Assembly: GCF_963921235.1 (NCBI RefSeq)
Contig: NC_086097.1
Coordinates: 241,740,001-241,804,000 of the forward strand
Direction: 5' to 3'
Source of the DNA: Mobula hypostoma
Lineage: Eukaryota
Length of the DNA stretch: 64,000 bases
The translations under genes and the position numbers were made by a program. The notes beneath the pieces are model-generated. The model searched no databases. It saw only the letters and a program-made list of their open reading frames with translations, and was not told where the DNA came from. Below, in pieces: positions 1 through 11,231 of this stretch. Numbering within the stretch: position 1 is the stretch's first letter; every line of letters starts with the position of its first letter.

Positions 1-370
1 CCTCTTGGCTCTTAAACTCAAGCCCACAGTTGATGAAGGCCAATGCACCGAATGCCTTCTTAACCACAGAGTCAACCTGCGTAGCAGCTTTGAGTGTCCT
101 ATGGACTCGGATCCCAAGATCCCTCTGATCCTCCACACTGCCAAGAGTCATTCCATTAATACTATATTCTGCCATCATATTTGACCTACCAAAATGAACC
201 ACCTCACACTTATCTGGGTTGAACTGCATCTGCCTCTTCTCAGCCCAGTCTTGCATCCTATCGATGTCTTACTGTAACCTCTGACAGCCATCCATGTTAT
301 CCACAATGCCCCCAACCTTTGTGTCATCAGCAGATTTACTAACCCATCCCTCAACTTCCTCATCCAGGTC
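1..370 (-). mobile_element. CR1/HER1-like LINE family A, RT fragment (runs off window start)
   Basis: Reverse complement of the family-A copies at 16250-16620, 20000-20370 and 46180-46550; FADDTK region. Confidence 0.9.
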
Positions 371-1380
371 GTTCTTCTCTGACCACTCTCTCTAACAAGT
401 CATTTTTTACCCACAGAACTGCCACTCACTGGATGCTTTTTTTGTGGGAGGTTTTTTTTTGCATCAGCTTCTGTTAATTCTAGACAGTGTTGTGCGTGAA
501 AATCCCAGGAAATCAGCAGTTTCTGAGATACTGAAACCACACCATCTGGCACCAAAGATCATCCATAAGCAAAGTCACTTAGATCCCATTTCTTCCCCAT
601 TCTGATGCCTGGTCTGAACACAATCGACAATAGACAATAGACAATAGGTGCAGGAGTAGGCCATTCAGCCCTTCGAGCCAGCACTGCCATTCACTGTGAT
701 CATGGCTGATCATCCACTATCAGTATCCAGTTCCTGCCTTATCCCCATAACCTTTGATTCCACTATCTTTAAGAGCTCTATCCATCTCTTTTTTGAAAGC
801 ATCCAGAGACTTGGCCTCCACCGCCTTCTGGAGCAGAGCATTCCATATATCACCCACTCTCTGGGTGAAAAAGTTTTTCCTCAACTCCGTTCTAAATGGC
901 CTACCCCTAATTCTTAAACTGTGGCCTCTGGTTCTGGACTCACCCATCAGTGGGAACATGCTTCCTGCCTCCAGCATGTCCAATCCCTTAATAATATTAT
1001 ATGTTTCAATAAGATCCCCTCTCAGCCTTCTAAATTCCAGAGTATACAAGCCCAGTCGCTCCAATCTTTCAACATATGACAGTCCCGCCATCCCAGGAAT
1101 TAACCTTGTGAACCTACGCTGCACTCCCTCAATAGCAAGAGTATCCTTCCTCAAATTTGGAGACCAAAACTGCACACAGTACTCCAGGTGTGGTCTCACC
1201 AAGGCCCTGTACAGCTGCAGAAGGACCTCTTTGCTCTTATACTCAATTCCCCTTGTTATGAAGGCGAGCTAAACCTCTTGTCCATGTGTATGCTTTCATG
1301 TATTGAGTTGCTGCCACATGACTGGCTGATTGGATATGTACATTAAAGAGCAGGTGTACAGGATAAACTAATAAACTGGA
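371..1380 (-). mobile_element. Degenerate Tc1/mariner-derived element, interrupted by a CR1 at about 626-1265
   Basis: 371-620 and 1266-1380 match the Tc1 copy at 9356-11851 (gtgcgtgaaaatcccagga..cagcag, cacttagatc, gagttgctgccaca..gcaggtgtacag). Confidence 0.8.
626..1265 (-). mobile_element. CR1-like LINE family B, 5'-truncated young copy (ORF2 C-terminus open, 720-1202)
   Basis: VRPHLEYCVQFWSP...RTRGHSLR...FFTQRV CR1 ORF2 motifs; (TCTATTG)n 3' tail. Confidence 0.93.
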
Positions 1381-2239
1381 CATTTTCTTGTGGGTAGTTG
1401 GTGAAACAGTATGCAGAATGGTAGAGAAATGACAGAAAAATTCATTCTGTTGTGTGCTGGGACTGATAAATATTCTGCACAGTCTTGCGCTTACTCTGCA
1501 AACCAGGAACTTCACAACATAATTATTGTAAAATATGCCAATAAATATATGTTAATTAATATGCAAACAAAATCATAATTTAAGCAGTTCTGCATGGACT
1601 AGATGGGCCAAAGGGCCTGTTTCTGCGCTGTACTTTTCTATGACTTTAAATGTTACCCTGGCGCTGATAATTAGAGCCCATATTATTTCCAATTTCTCTC
1701 GACCTGAATTCCCTTCTCTGTAAACTCGAGGGGTTCTGTTGATCAACTGGAGGTCACAACTGCCTGTGGATATGTGTCATCCATTGAACACACCCCTGGC
1801 CATTTTTTATTTTTCTTAACATAATGTACATAATTAATCTTTATCCCTTTCTTTCTGACACCTCCCATAGGAGATTTTCCCTTCTGCTTTTGCCATTAGA
1901 CGTTCTGTCTTGCCAAGGTCACAGCTGCTGGTCTTTGTCGTGCTTCGGCATACAACTGGAGTTGTATTTGACCAGTGTCGTTGTTAAATTCAGAGACTGA
2001 ATTAATAAAACACATGAGTGAAATGAGAGAATTAGGAAAAGGAAGCAAAACTAGGTTACAGATTTGTTTTCCTTTATACTGACATTTAGACCAGGGTGTG
2101 CAGAGTGAATTATGCATTCCTCACAGTCAGGCAGAATGAAGCAGATGGGCATCGGCTTTGGACCAGCATCACTTTCGTATTATACAGACAAATGTTTCTG
2201 TGTCTGTTGTGTAGATGATGCACATGTCAATAAATAACA

Positions 2240-2965
2240 CCATAAGACGTGTGTAGGAACAGAATTAGACCATTCGGCCCCTCGGGTCTGTTCTACCATT
2301 CAATCATGGCTGATTTATTTTCCTTCTTATAGTCATAGTCATAGTCATACTTTATTGATAATGGGGGAAGTTGGTTTTCGTTACAGTTGCACCATAAATA
2401 ATAAGTAGTAATAAAACCATAAATAGTTAAATAGTAATATGTAAATTATGCCAGGAAATAAGTCCAGGACCAGCCTATTGGCTCAGGGTGTCTGACCCTC
2501 CAAGGGAGGAGTTGTAAAGTTTGATGGCCACAGGCAGGAATGACTTCCTATGACGCTTTGTTTTGCATCTCGGTGGAATGAGTCTCTGGCTGAATGTACT
2601 CCTGTGCCCACCCAGTACATTATGTAGTGGATGGGAGACATTGTCCAAGATGGCATGCAACTTGGACAGCATCCTCTTTTCAGACACCACCGTCAGAGAG
2701 TCCAGTTCCATCCCCACAACATCACTGGCCTTACGAATGAGTTTGTTGATTCTGTTGGTGTCTGCTACCCTCAATCCCATTCTCCCAATAACATTTGACG
2801 CCCTAACGAATCAAATTCCGCTTTTTATATACACAATGTTCTGGCTTCCAAACTATCCGTGACAATGAATTCCACAGATTCACCACTCACTAGCTAAAGG
2901 GACATCCTTCTTTTCTGAGGCTGTGCTCTTTGATCCAGGACTCTCCCACAATTGAAAACATCCTC
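2240..2965 (-). mobile_element. CR1-like family C 3' fragment split by a Rex1 insert
   Basis: cataagac..ggaacagaattagaccattcggccc 3' end; resumes about 2774 (gaattccacagattcaccac). Confidence 0.75.
2328..2773 (-). mobile_element. Rex1/Babar-clade LINE 3' fragment
   Basis: ORF 2475-2780 (RINKLIRKAS...DNVSHPLH...RHRKSFLPVAIKLYN); (GACTAT)n tail; near-identical copy at 6886-7235. Confidence 0.88.
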
Positions 2966-3062
2966 TGGCGGGATAGTAGTGTACTGGTTAGCACAATGGC
3001 TTTACAGTGTCAGTGGTCACTGATTAGGGTATGATTCCACCTCCGTTTGTGAGGAGTTTGGA

Positions 3063-3333
3063 CAGCGCCATGCAAAAGTCTTAGACACATATATATAGCT
3101 AAGGTGCCTAAGACTTTTGCACAGGATTGTATTTGTCAATGTGGAGTGGAGAGCGAGTTTGTAAATCTGGCAGGAGCAAAGGCTGTTGGGAATGGAAAAG
3201 TTAGAGCACCTTGGGAAAGTGTGAGACAGGCAGCAGGGGTGTGCCAGGGTCAGAGGGTGGGATGGGTGCAGACACACCCCACCCCAAGGCACCAGGAAAG
3301 GTTATTTGATTCCAAACAAATGGTTTATTGAAG
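3063..3333. mobile_element. Partial copy of the composite Tc1-like element with a palindromic terminal repeat
   Basis: tgcaaaagtcttagacacatatatatagctaaggtgcctaagacttttgcacag followed by internal sequence that is the reverse complement of 50700-50895. Confidence 0.8.
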
Positions 3334-3684
3334 ATTGCTGTTGAAACACATTTATTAAAGATTATTGTAGGGTTTAGGACAGGGGTTGCAACCTTTTTGT
3401 GCTGTGGACCAATATCATTAAGCAAGGGGTTCATGGACATAGAACATTACAGTACAGTACAGGCCCTTCAATCAACGATGTTGTGTTATCCTTTCAAGCT
3501 ACTCTAGGACCAATCTTACCCTTCCCTCCTGCATAGTTTCCATTTTTCTTTCGTCCATAAGAAAGAAGTACTCAGAGAAAGAGAGGGTGGTCAAGGGATT
3601 GACAGAATACTGGAACTATCTGTGACAAGGTGACACCCAGTGGGTTCGTGTAGGTAATCCAAGATTCAATTGAAAGGATTAATG

Positions 3685-4170
3685 CACTACTAGTACTACT
3701 ACTACGTCGACTCAGGCCTAGGGGGCCGGCGTCGGGCACAATGACGGACTCTGCACTTCTCCCTCTCCCTCATCAGTGTGTTCAGTTCATCTACATTAGT
3801 CGCGCCGCTGTCTTCTAGGAGCATGTTGACCATAGTCTTGGGAGGGCGCCCAGGGTTCATCCTCCCATGCTTGGGCTCCCATATGATGACTAGGCTGGCA
3901 GGTAGCTCGGGGTGGTGTAGACAGTGCCCCGCGAGTTGCAGTCTTCTCACCTCGATTTTAGTGGTGAGCATCGGTAGGTCGTCATAGAGCTCGACGTTCG
4001 TCATGTGCTGTTGCCAACTCACATCAAGAGCCATCTGGAGCATTCGTGTATAGCAACCATCTAGAGACTTTCACATCGTCTTGGTGAATGTCCACGGCTC
4101 GCATCCGTACGTGAGAATGGACTCTATGACTGCTATGAAAATCCTCTTTTTAAGCCCTCTGGTCAGGTTC
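3685..4170 (-). mobile_element. RTE-clade LINE 3' fragment
   Basis: ORF 3702-4043 (VSWQQHMTNVELY...RRLQLAGHC...WEPKHG...GRP), typical RTE post-RT region; (GTA)n tail. Confidence 0.85.
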
Positions 4171-4594
4171 AAAATGCAGTTTCAGTGTAATTCTAGACGG
4201 CTCGAGCAGTAGCAGCCAATGAATTTCAGCAACCTGGCTCCAACATGGTTGTCATATACTGCTTTCTAAAGGCTTAATGAGGGAAGGGAATAGGAAACAG
4301 AAAGAAAGCTGCTGAAGATATGTAAGATTTATAAATACTTATTCTACGTAATTATAACTGAGATTAGTGCATGAACTTCCAAATTGACAAATTAAAATTT
4401 CAGGGTCCCATAATGTTATCTATATTATGTATATTATTTGTAGATTCATCTTCCATTTCTGATTTTTAATTTTAGTTTAAATATTTTTCATTTATGAATC
4501 ACCAAATAATACTGTTTTGCTGGAAGCAAGGCAGCTATTTTCAACAGAACAGACTCCCACAAGGTAATATAACAGACTGAGATTCATTTAGTTA

Positions 4595-4830
4595 GGGCAC
4601 CACGGTAGCGTGGTGGTTTAGTACGATGGCATCACAGCTCGGAACGTCAGAGTTCGGAGTTCAGTTCCGATGTCACCGGTAAGGAGTTTGCACGCCGTCC
4701 CTGTGGAATGCGTGGGCCTTCCTCCGGGTGCTCCAGTTTCCTTCAACGGCCCAAGGGTGCACCGGTTAGCGGGCTAACTGGCCATTGTAAATTGTCCTGT
4801 GATTAGGCGAGGGTTAAATCAGTGGGCTTG
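4595..4830 (+). mobile_element. tRNA-derived SINE with V-domain (HE1-like)
   Basis: A-box-like ggtagcgtggtggtt, B-box-like gagttcagttcc, V-domain tcctccgggtgctccagtttcc. Confidence 0.8.
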
Positions 4831-5101
4831 TGGGCACCTTCCACCAGGCTCACGGAGAGTTTCTAACCCACTGTTATAAGAATAGTTCCCGAGTAGGATG
4901 AAATGGACTCTTGACCTCATTATAACCTTTCACCTTTGCGTTTCCCTGCACTCCACTTTCTTGGCAAGTTCTCTGCGTTCTTTTATTGTGTTTTACCCTG
5001 TGCTACCTCAATGTACCTTGTAATCAGAATGCACACGTCCCCTCCCTCCACCAGTAACACACTGTAAGAATATACAGTAGCTTGATGTCAGAGCTGCCTG
5101 A

Positions 5102-5238
5102 TAGTCCTGAAGAAGGATCTCTGCTGGAAACTTCAACTATTTACTCTTCTCCATAGACGCTGCCTGACCTGCTGAGTTCCCCCAGCGTCTTGTGTGTGTT
5201 GTTTGGATTTCCAGATTGCACAGACTTTCTCGTGTTTA
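5102..5238 (+). mobile_element. Penelope-like terminal repeat fragment with a degenerate hammerhead motif
   Basis: agtcCTGAAGA aggatctctgctg GAAActtc, followed by the gctgcctgacctgctgagttc..ccagc pLTR sequence. Confidence 0.75.
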
Positions 5239-5379
5239 AGCTTCAGCATCCACTGCCTGAGGACTAGTTGTTGCTCAGGGCCTGTGTCGCTTTACAGCAG
5301 CGTCCAGCATTCAGCTCAATCAGTCCCTCTGCGCGGCCAGTTTGAGTGGCAAAGGCCCTCAGATATTTGCAGTAGTAGT

Positions 5380-6530
5380 TCAAAGTTCAAAGCAAATTTT
5401 ATTATCAGAGTACTTATATGTTGCTGCATAGATCCCTGAGATTCATTTTCCCGTGGGCATACTCAGCAAATCCACAGGGTGGTAACTACAACAGGATCAA
5501 TGAAAGATCACAGTAGCGTGCAGAAGACAACAAACTGTGCAAGTATAAATAAATAGCAATAAATAACAAGAATATGAGATAATGAGATAAAAAAGTCCTT
5601 AAAGTGAGATCATCGCTTGAGGGAATATCTCACAGTTGATGGGCAAGTGAGTGTCGTTATCTGTTCAAGACCCTGATTGTTGAGGGGCGGTAACTGTTCT
5701 TGAACCTGGTGGTGCGAGTCCTGAGGCTCTTGTACTTTCTGCCTGGCGGCAGCAGCAAGAAAAGAACTTGGCCTGAGTCGTGAGAATTTCTGACAATGGA
5801 TGCTGCTCTCCTACGTCAGTGTTTCATGTAGATGTGCTCAGTGGTTGGGAGGGCTTTACCTGTGATGTACTGGGCTAAATCCACTACCTTTTATAGGTGT
5901 TTTCCATTCGTGGCATTCGTGCAACCCGGCCATAATGCAGCCAGTTAATACACTCTCCACTACACATCTATAGAAGTTCATCGAAGTGTTTAATGTCATG
6001 CTAAATCTGCTCTGACTCCTAAGGAAATAGAGGCAGTGCTGTGGTTTCTTCACAATTGTATAAACGTGCTGGGTCCACGACAAATTTTCTGAAATAATAA
6101 CACCCAGGAATTTAAAGTTGCTAACCTTACCCGCCCCTGATCCTCTGATGATTACTGGCTCATGGACCTCTGGTTTCCCTCTCCTGAAGTCTACAATCAG
6201 TTCCTTGGTCTTGCTGACATTGAGCGAGAGGTTGCTGTTATGACACCCCTCAGCTAAATTTTCAATCTCCCTCCTGTATGCTAATTCGTCACCACCTTTG
6301 ATCCATCCCGCAAACGTGGTGTCATCAGCAAACTTGAATATGGCATTGGAGCTGTACCTGACCACACAGTCATAGTTCTAAAGTGACTTGAGCAGGGAGC
6401 TGAGCACACGGCCTTGTGGTGCTCCTCTGCTGATGCAGATCGTGGAGATGTTTTTGACTGGGGTCTGCAAGTGAAGAAATCTAGAATCCAATTGCCCAAG
6501 GTGGTATTGAGGCTGAGGTCTTGCAGCTTA
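5380..6530 (-). mobile_element. Rex1/Babar LINE, RT plus 3' end, frameshifted
   Basis: [53 protein letters not shown] motifs; (TTTGAAC)n tail. Confidence 0.9.
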
Positions 6531-6885
6531 TCAGTGGTTTACCAATGTGAGAATGAAAAGGCATTGCGCAGTTTACGGTTGTAAATATTTTTATTATAAA
6601 CAATGTTTTATTTTGGATTACAACCAGCAGTCCCTATGAACTGCAAAACAGAAATGAGGCTTTGGGAAAAGCACCAAGTATCAAGGGCCAGCCTCTGCCA
6701 GAAACCAAGCTGCCTCCTTTCTCATGGAACAAAGAACATTAGAGCCCAGAACAGTCCCTTTGGCCCACAATGTAGTGTCAACCTTTTATCCAACTCTAAG
6801 TTCAATCCAACCCTTCCCTTGCACATAGCCCTCTATTTTTCTATCATCCACGTGCCCATCCAAGAGTTTCTTTAATGGCCCTTAA

Positions 6886-7235
6886 GTATAGTATAGTATA
6901 GTCATACTTTATTGATCCTGGGGGAAATTGGTTTTTGTTACAGTTGCACCATAAATAATAAATAGTAATAAAACCATAAATAATTAAATAGTAATATGTA
7001 AATTATGCCAGGAAATAAGTCCAGGACCAGCCTATTGGCTCAGGGTGTCTGACCCTCCAAGGGAGGAGTTGTAAAGTTTGATGGCCACAGGCAGGAATGA
7101 CTTCCTATGACGCTCTGTGTTGTATCTCGGTGGAATGAGTCTCTGGCTGAATGTACTCCTGTGCCCAACCAGTACATTATGTAGTGGATGGGAGACATTG
7201 TCCAGATGGCATGCAACTTGGACAGCATCCTGTCC
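6886..7235 (-). mobile_element. Rex1/Babar 3' fragment (same family as 2328-2773)
   Basis: Near-identical sequence; DNVSHPLHNVL...SFLPVAIKLYN. Confidence 0.88.
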
Positions 7236-7284
7236 AAGTATCTGCCTCACCACCATCACTGGCAGGATGTTCCATGCACCCACC

Positions 7285-7595
7285 TTCTTCTAGGCATCCG
7301 TTAGTCTCGTGAGACCATGGATTTGCGCCTTGGAAGGTTTCCAGGGCACAGGCCTGGGCAAGGTTGTATGGAAGACCAACAGTTGCCCATGCTGCAAGTC
7401 TCCCCTCTCCAAGCCCCCAGTGTTGTCCAAGGGAAGGGCATTAGGACCCATACAGCTTGGCACTGGTGTCGTCACAGAGCAATGTGTGGTTAAGTGCCTT
7501 GCTCAAGGACACAACACGCTGCCTCAGCCAAGGCTCGATCTAACGACCTTCAAATCACTAGACGAATGCCTTAACCACTTGGGCACGCACCAACA
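7285..7595 (-). mobile_element. tRNA-headed CORE-like SINE, full length, 13-bp TSD
   Basis: Head tgcccaagtggttaaggc..gatcgagcc; CORE-like tgtgtccttgagcaaggcacttaac; tail ggatgcctagaagaa. TSD ccatgcacccacc at 7272-7284 and 7596-7608. Confidence 0.88.
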
Positions 7596-8680
7596 CCATG
7601 CACCCACCACTCTCTGTAAAATAACATCTCTGACATTCCCGCGCCCCCCCCCCCATACTTTCATCCAATGATCTTAATATTAAGCCCCCTCGTTTTAGCC
7701 GTTTCCACCTTGGGAAAAAGTCTCTGACTCCCCACTCAATCTATGACTCTTATCATCTTGTTCACCTCTTATCTCTCGTACGCATTGGCTCCAAAGAGAA
7801 AAGCCCTAGCTTGCTCAACTTATCCTCATAGAAAACACTCTCTAATCCAGGCAGCATCCTGGTAAGTCTCTTCTGCATCCTCTTTAAAGCTTCCACAGCC
7901 TTCCTATAATGAGGAGACCACAATACTCCAAGTGTGGTTTAACCAGGCTTTTATAGAGCTGTAACATTACCTCATGACTCTTGAACTCAGTCCCCCAACG
8001 AATGAAGGCCAACACTCCATACACCTTTTTAACCACCCGATCAACTTGCACCACAACTTTGAAGGATCCCCAAGATTTCTCTGTTCCTCCACTGTTCAGT
8101 TCTCTAACCTGTGATTTAATTCTCCAAGATGGGCTGAAGTGTAGTTACTTTAGTTATATTATTCATATCAAACAAGTAAGATATGTTTGTATTCTCATTG
8201 TTTTAAAGATTATCTGCCCTGCACTGAAGATTTTGGGTTTTGTAATAAAAACAAGCAAACATTTGGGATTTCTCAGCATATCAGCAGGGCTGAGAAGTTC
8301 ACTGGTTCATCAATGCCAAAACGTCTTGCTAATTTTCACAATGTAAAATCTATTCCTGAAGGCAGGAGTTTGATGCATAGGATCACTGGAAAGATTTTGA
8401 TCTGTCAGCCTCTGCTACAATACAACACAAATACTATAAATTAGTAAAATGTCCCAAGATGTTTTACTGGGGCTTTATCAAACAAAATTTGACAGGCAGG
8501 TGAAAAATAGTATCAAAATATAGGAGGGTGAATTCCATTTTGCTGAAATAGACAGAGTGAACTGATGACATTTATCCAAGAGACATTTAGAAAGGCACAT
8601 GGATTTGAGGAAGATGGAGGGATATGGACATTGTGTAGGCAGGAAGGATTCGGTTTTGGATTTTTTAAATTTACTTTTTA

Positions 8681-9212
8681 AGTTCAAAGTTCCAAGCAGA
8701 ATTTATTATCAGAGTACATACATGTCACCACATACAACCCTGAGATTCATTTTCCTGCAGGCATAATCAGCAAATCTATAGAACAGTAACTGCAAACAGG
8801 AACTGTAAACTGTGCAAATGCGGATATAAATAAATAGCAACAAGTAATAAGAATGAAATAACAAGATAAAAGAATTCTTAAATTTGTCCATGAGCCTAAT
8901 ATTTGAGGGGTAGTAACTGTTCTTGAACCTGATGGTGCAAGTCCTGAGGCTCCTGTACCTTCTACCTGATGGCAGCAGCGAGAAAAGACAATGGCCTGGA
9001 TGCTGGAGATCTTTGATGATGGATGTTACTTTTCTACAGCAACGTTTCATGTCGATGTGCTTAATAGCTGGGAGGATTTTCCCCACGATGTACTGGGCTG
9101 AATCCATTACCTTTTGTAAGATCTTCCGCTCAAAGGCATTGGTGTTCCCATACCTCATTGTAGTGCAGCCAGTCAGCACACTTTCCACTGCTACATATCT
9201 ATAGAAATTTGC
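8681..9212 (-). mobile_element. Rex1/Babar 3' fragment inserted in a CR1 3' end (8575-9280)
   Basis: ORF 8709-9188 (ESVLTGC...IIKDLQHPGHCLFSLLPSGRRYRSL...RFKNSYYP). Confidence 0.88.
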
Positions 9213-10095
9213 CGAGTTTTAGCTGTTTTGGCACAACATAGTGGGCCAAAGGGCCTGTTCCTGTGCTCTACCGTTCTATGATGCATTTCCAAAATATGAG
9301 GAGGAGAAAAGTTTTTTTACACCCGCCAACTTGCACTTTATCCATTAGAAATTTACACTCAGTGACCACTTTATTAGGTACACCTTGGAACCCAGTGTGG
9401 CCTTCTGCTACTGTTGTAGCCCATCTCCTTCAAGGTTTGACATGTTGTGCATTCAGATTTGCTCTTCTGCACACACTGTTGTAACATGTGGTTATTTGAG
9501 TTACTGTCATCTTCCTGTCAGCTTGAACCATTCTGACCATTCTCTTTTAATTTCTATAATTAACAAGGCATTTTTGCCCATAGAGCTGCCACTCTCTAAA
9601 TGTTTTATTTTTGTTTTTTGTACCATTTTCTGTAAACACTAGTGACGGTTGTGCGTGAAAATCCCAGGAGATCAGCAGCTTCGAGATACTCAAGCCACCC
9701 CGTCTGGCACCAACAACCATTCCATGGTCAAAATCACTTAGATCACATTTCTTCTCCATCCTGATGGCTGATCTGAATGAAACCCCTCTTTGCCGGGTGT
9801 CTCTGGAAATGCTGCTCGTTAGCCCCTCGCTAGCTCCACGGTGAGAAACTCACCTTCCTCAGGCTCCGTACGTGTAGGGTGTGTACAACCTTGGTCCTGC
9901 AAAACCCATGAGGTTGGGATGTCTCACCCACCCAAACCCCGGTTTGTCTGAATGCTGTGTGATTTACAATCCCCCTGCAATCACCCGTCTGCAAGAAATA
10001 ACAGATTGTACACTGCATTCAATTATAAAGAAAGCATATTTATGAACATTAAGTTAACCAAAGAGTTATTGAAGAAAGGGAAAAAAAAAGGGCCC

Positions 10096-11056
10096 TGTCA
10101 TGGTCCGGTTCACGGTCCGGTCCAACAACCCTTGCTCCAGGTTTTCTTGTCTACCCTGTTTCTGTTCCTGTTGAGCACTAATTGAGGCAGCTGATTCTCG
10201 TTGGGGCTGGCTGCCTAAATACCTCCGGAGACCAGGGTGTGGCTGCTGGATTGTTCTTGTCCTTACTCCTTGTATCCCTTCCCCTGCCTTCTGTTTCCTC
10301 GCCTGAAGTCTTGCCGGTAACTCTCACCTCGTCTTGCCCAAAGTTCTTGTCTCGCCTTGCATTGCCTGAAGCCTGGCCTTGTCTTGCCGGTAACTCTCGT
10401 CTCGCCTCGCCTGAAGTCTTGTTTTGGAGCCACCCTGTATCTAGGTCCCTTCCTGTCCCTTGCCTCCACCGGGTAAGTCAGGCCAAATTGCTGTTACCCT
10501 GTGGTTAGCTCTGTCCCTTCCTGTCCCTTGCCTCTGTCGGGTAAGCCAGGCCAGATGCCATTACCCTGTGGTGGGTTCTGTCCCTTCCTGCCCCTTGCCT
10601 CCATTGGGTAAGCCAGTCCAGATTGCCGTTACCCTGCGGTGGGTTCTGTCCCTTCCTGTCCCTTGCCTCTGTCGGGTGGAGATCCGCGCCCTGCCCAGGA
10701 GGAGCTTCAAAACCCCAAGCCTCTAGCCGAGTCTCGCCTCAAGTCTCTGGTCCCAAGCCTCACTTCAAGTCTCTAGCCTCGCCTGAAGATTCCAGCCTCG
10801 TCCTGCCTGCCAGCCAAGTCACGTCCTTGCCTAGTTCTGGGGTCCGAGCCAGAGGTAAGACTCAGGTTCTGGGTCCTTGTCCAGTCTCTGGCTCGGAGTC
10901 CAAGCCCGGGCTCCTAGCTCTCTTGTCCAGTCCTGTTCTGGGTTCCCAGTTTTCGTGTCCATGTCCAAGCCCTCACCTTGTATCCCTGTCCTGTCCCTAG
11001 TACTTCAGTGTCTGTGTCTTGCACTTGGGTCTGTTCCCAGTCACCACCTTATGACA
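10096..11056. mobile_element. Solo-LTR-like element 2 (TGTCAT..ATGACA, 5-bp TSD ggccc/ggcct)
   Basis: 6-bp terminal inverted repeat, near-perfect 5-bp TSD, internal tandem repeats, no coding motifs. Confidence 0.78.
10445..10678. repeat. About 67-bp tandem repeat, about 3.4 copies, inside LTR element 2
   Basis: Unit gtcccttcctgtcccttgcctc..gggtaagccaggcc..ttaccctg recurring at about 10446, 10513, 10580 and 10648. Confidence 0.9.
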
Positions 11057-11061
11057 GGCCT

Positions 11062-11231
11062 ATAGAACATAGAAAATCTACAGCACATTACAGGCCTTTC
11101 AGCCCGCAATGTTGTGTCGACGATGTAACGTACTCTAGAAGCTGCCTTAGAATTTCCCTACCACATAGCTCTCTCTTTTTCTAAGCTCCACGTACCTATA
11201 TAAGACTCTCTTGAAAGTCCCTATTGTACCC
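11062..11231 (-). mobile_element. CR1 family-A-like 3' end fragment
   Basis: atagaacatagaaaatctacagcacattacaggcc..tttttctaagctcca is the reverse complement of the family-A 3' end (compare 17040-17190). Confidence 0.8.

Larger units (their letters stand above)
6725..8095 (-). mobile_element. Old CR1 3' fragment carrying nested Rex1 (6886-7235) and SINE (7285-7595) inserts
   Basis: CR1 3' end at 6725; host sequence resumes at 7238 and 7596 (gcagcatcctggtaa, tactccaagtgtgg). Confidence 0.8.

Noticed and set aside
7520..7595. tRNA gene (also 39045-39122 and the V-SINE heads)
   Set aside because: tRNA-like A/B boxes continue directly into SINE core and tail, with a TSD at the 7285 copy; these are SINE heads.
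10182..11184. Cluster of overlapping Pro/Ser/Leu-rich ORFs as a small gene
   Set aside because: They lie within the solo-LTR-like element and its tandem repeats; stop-poor composition explains the ORFs.
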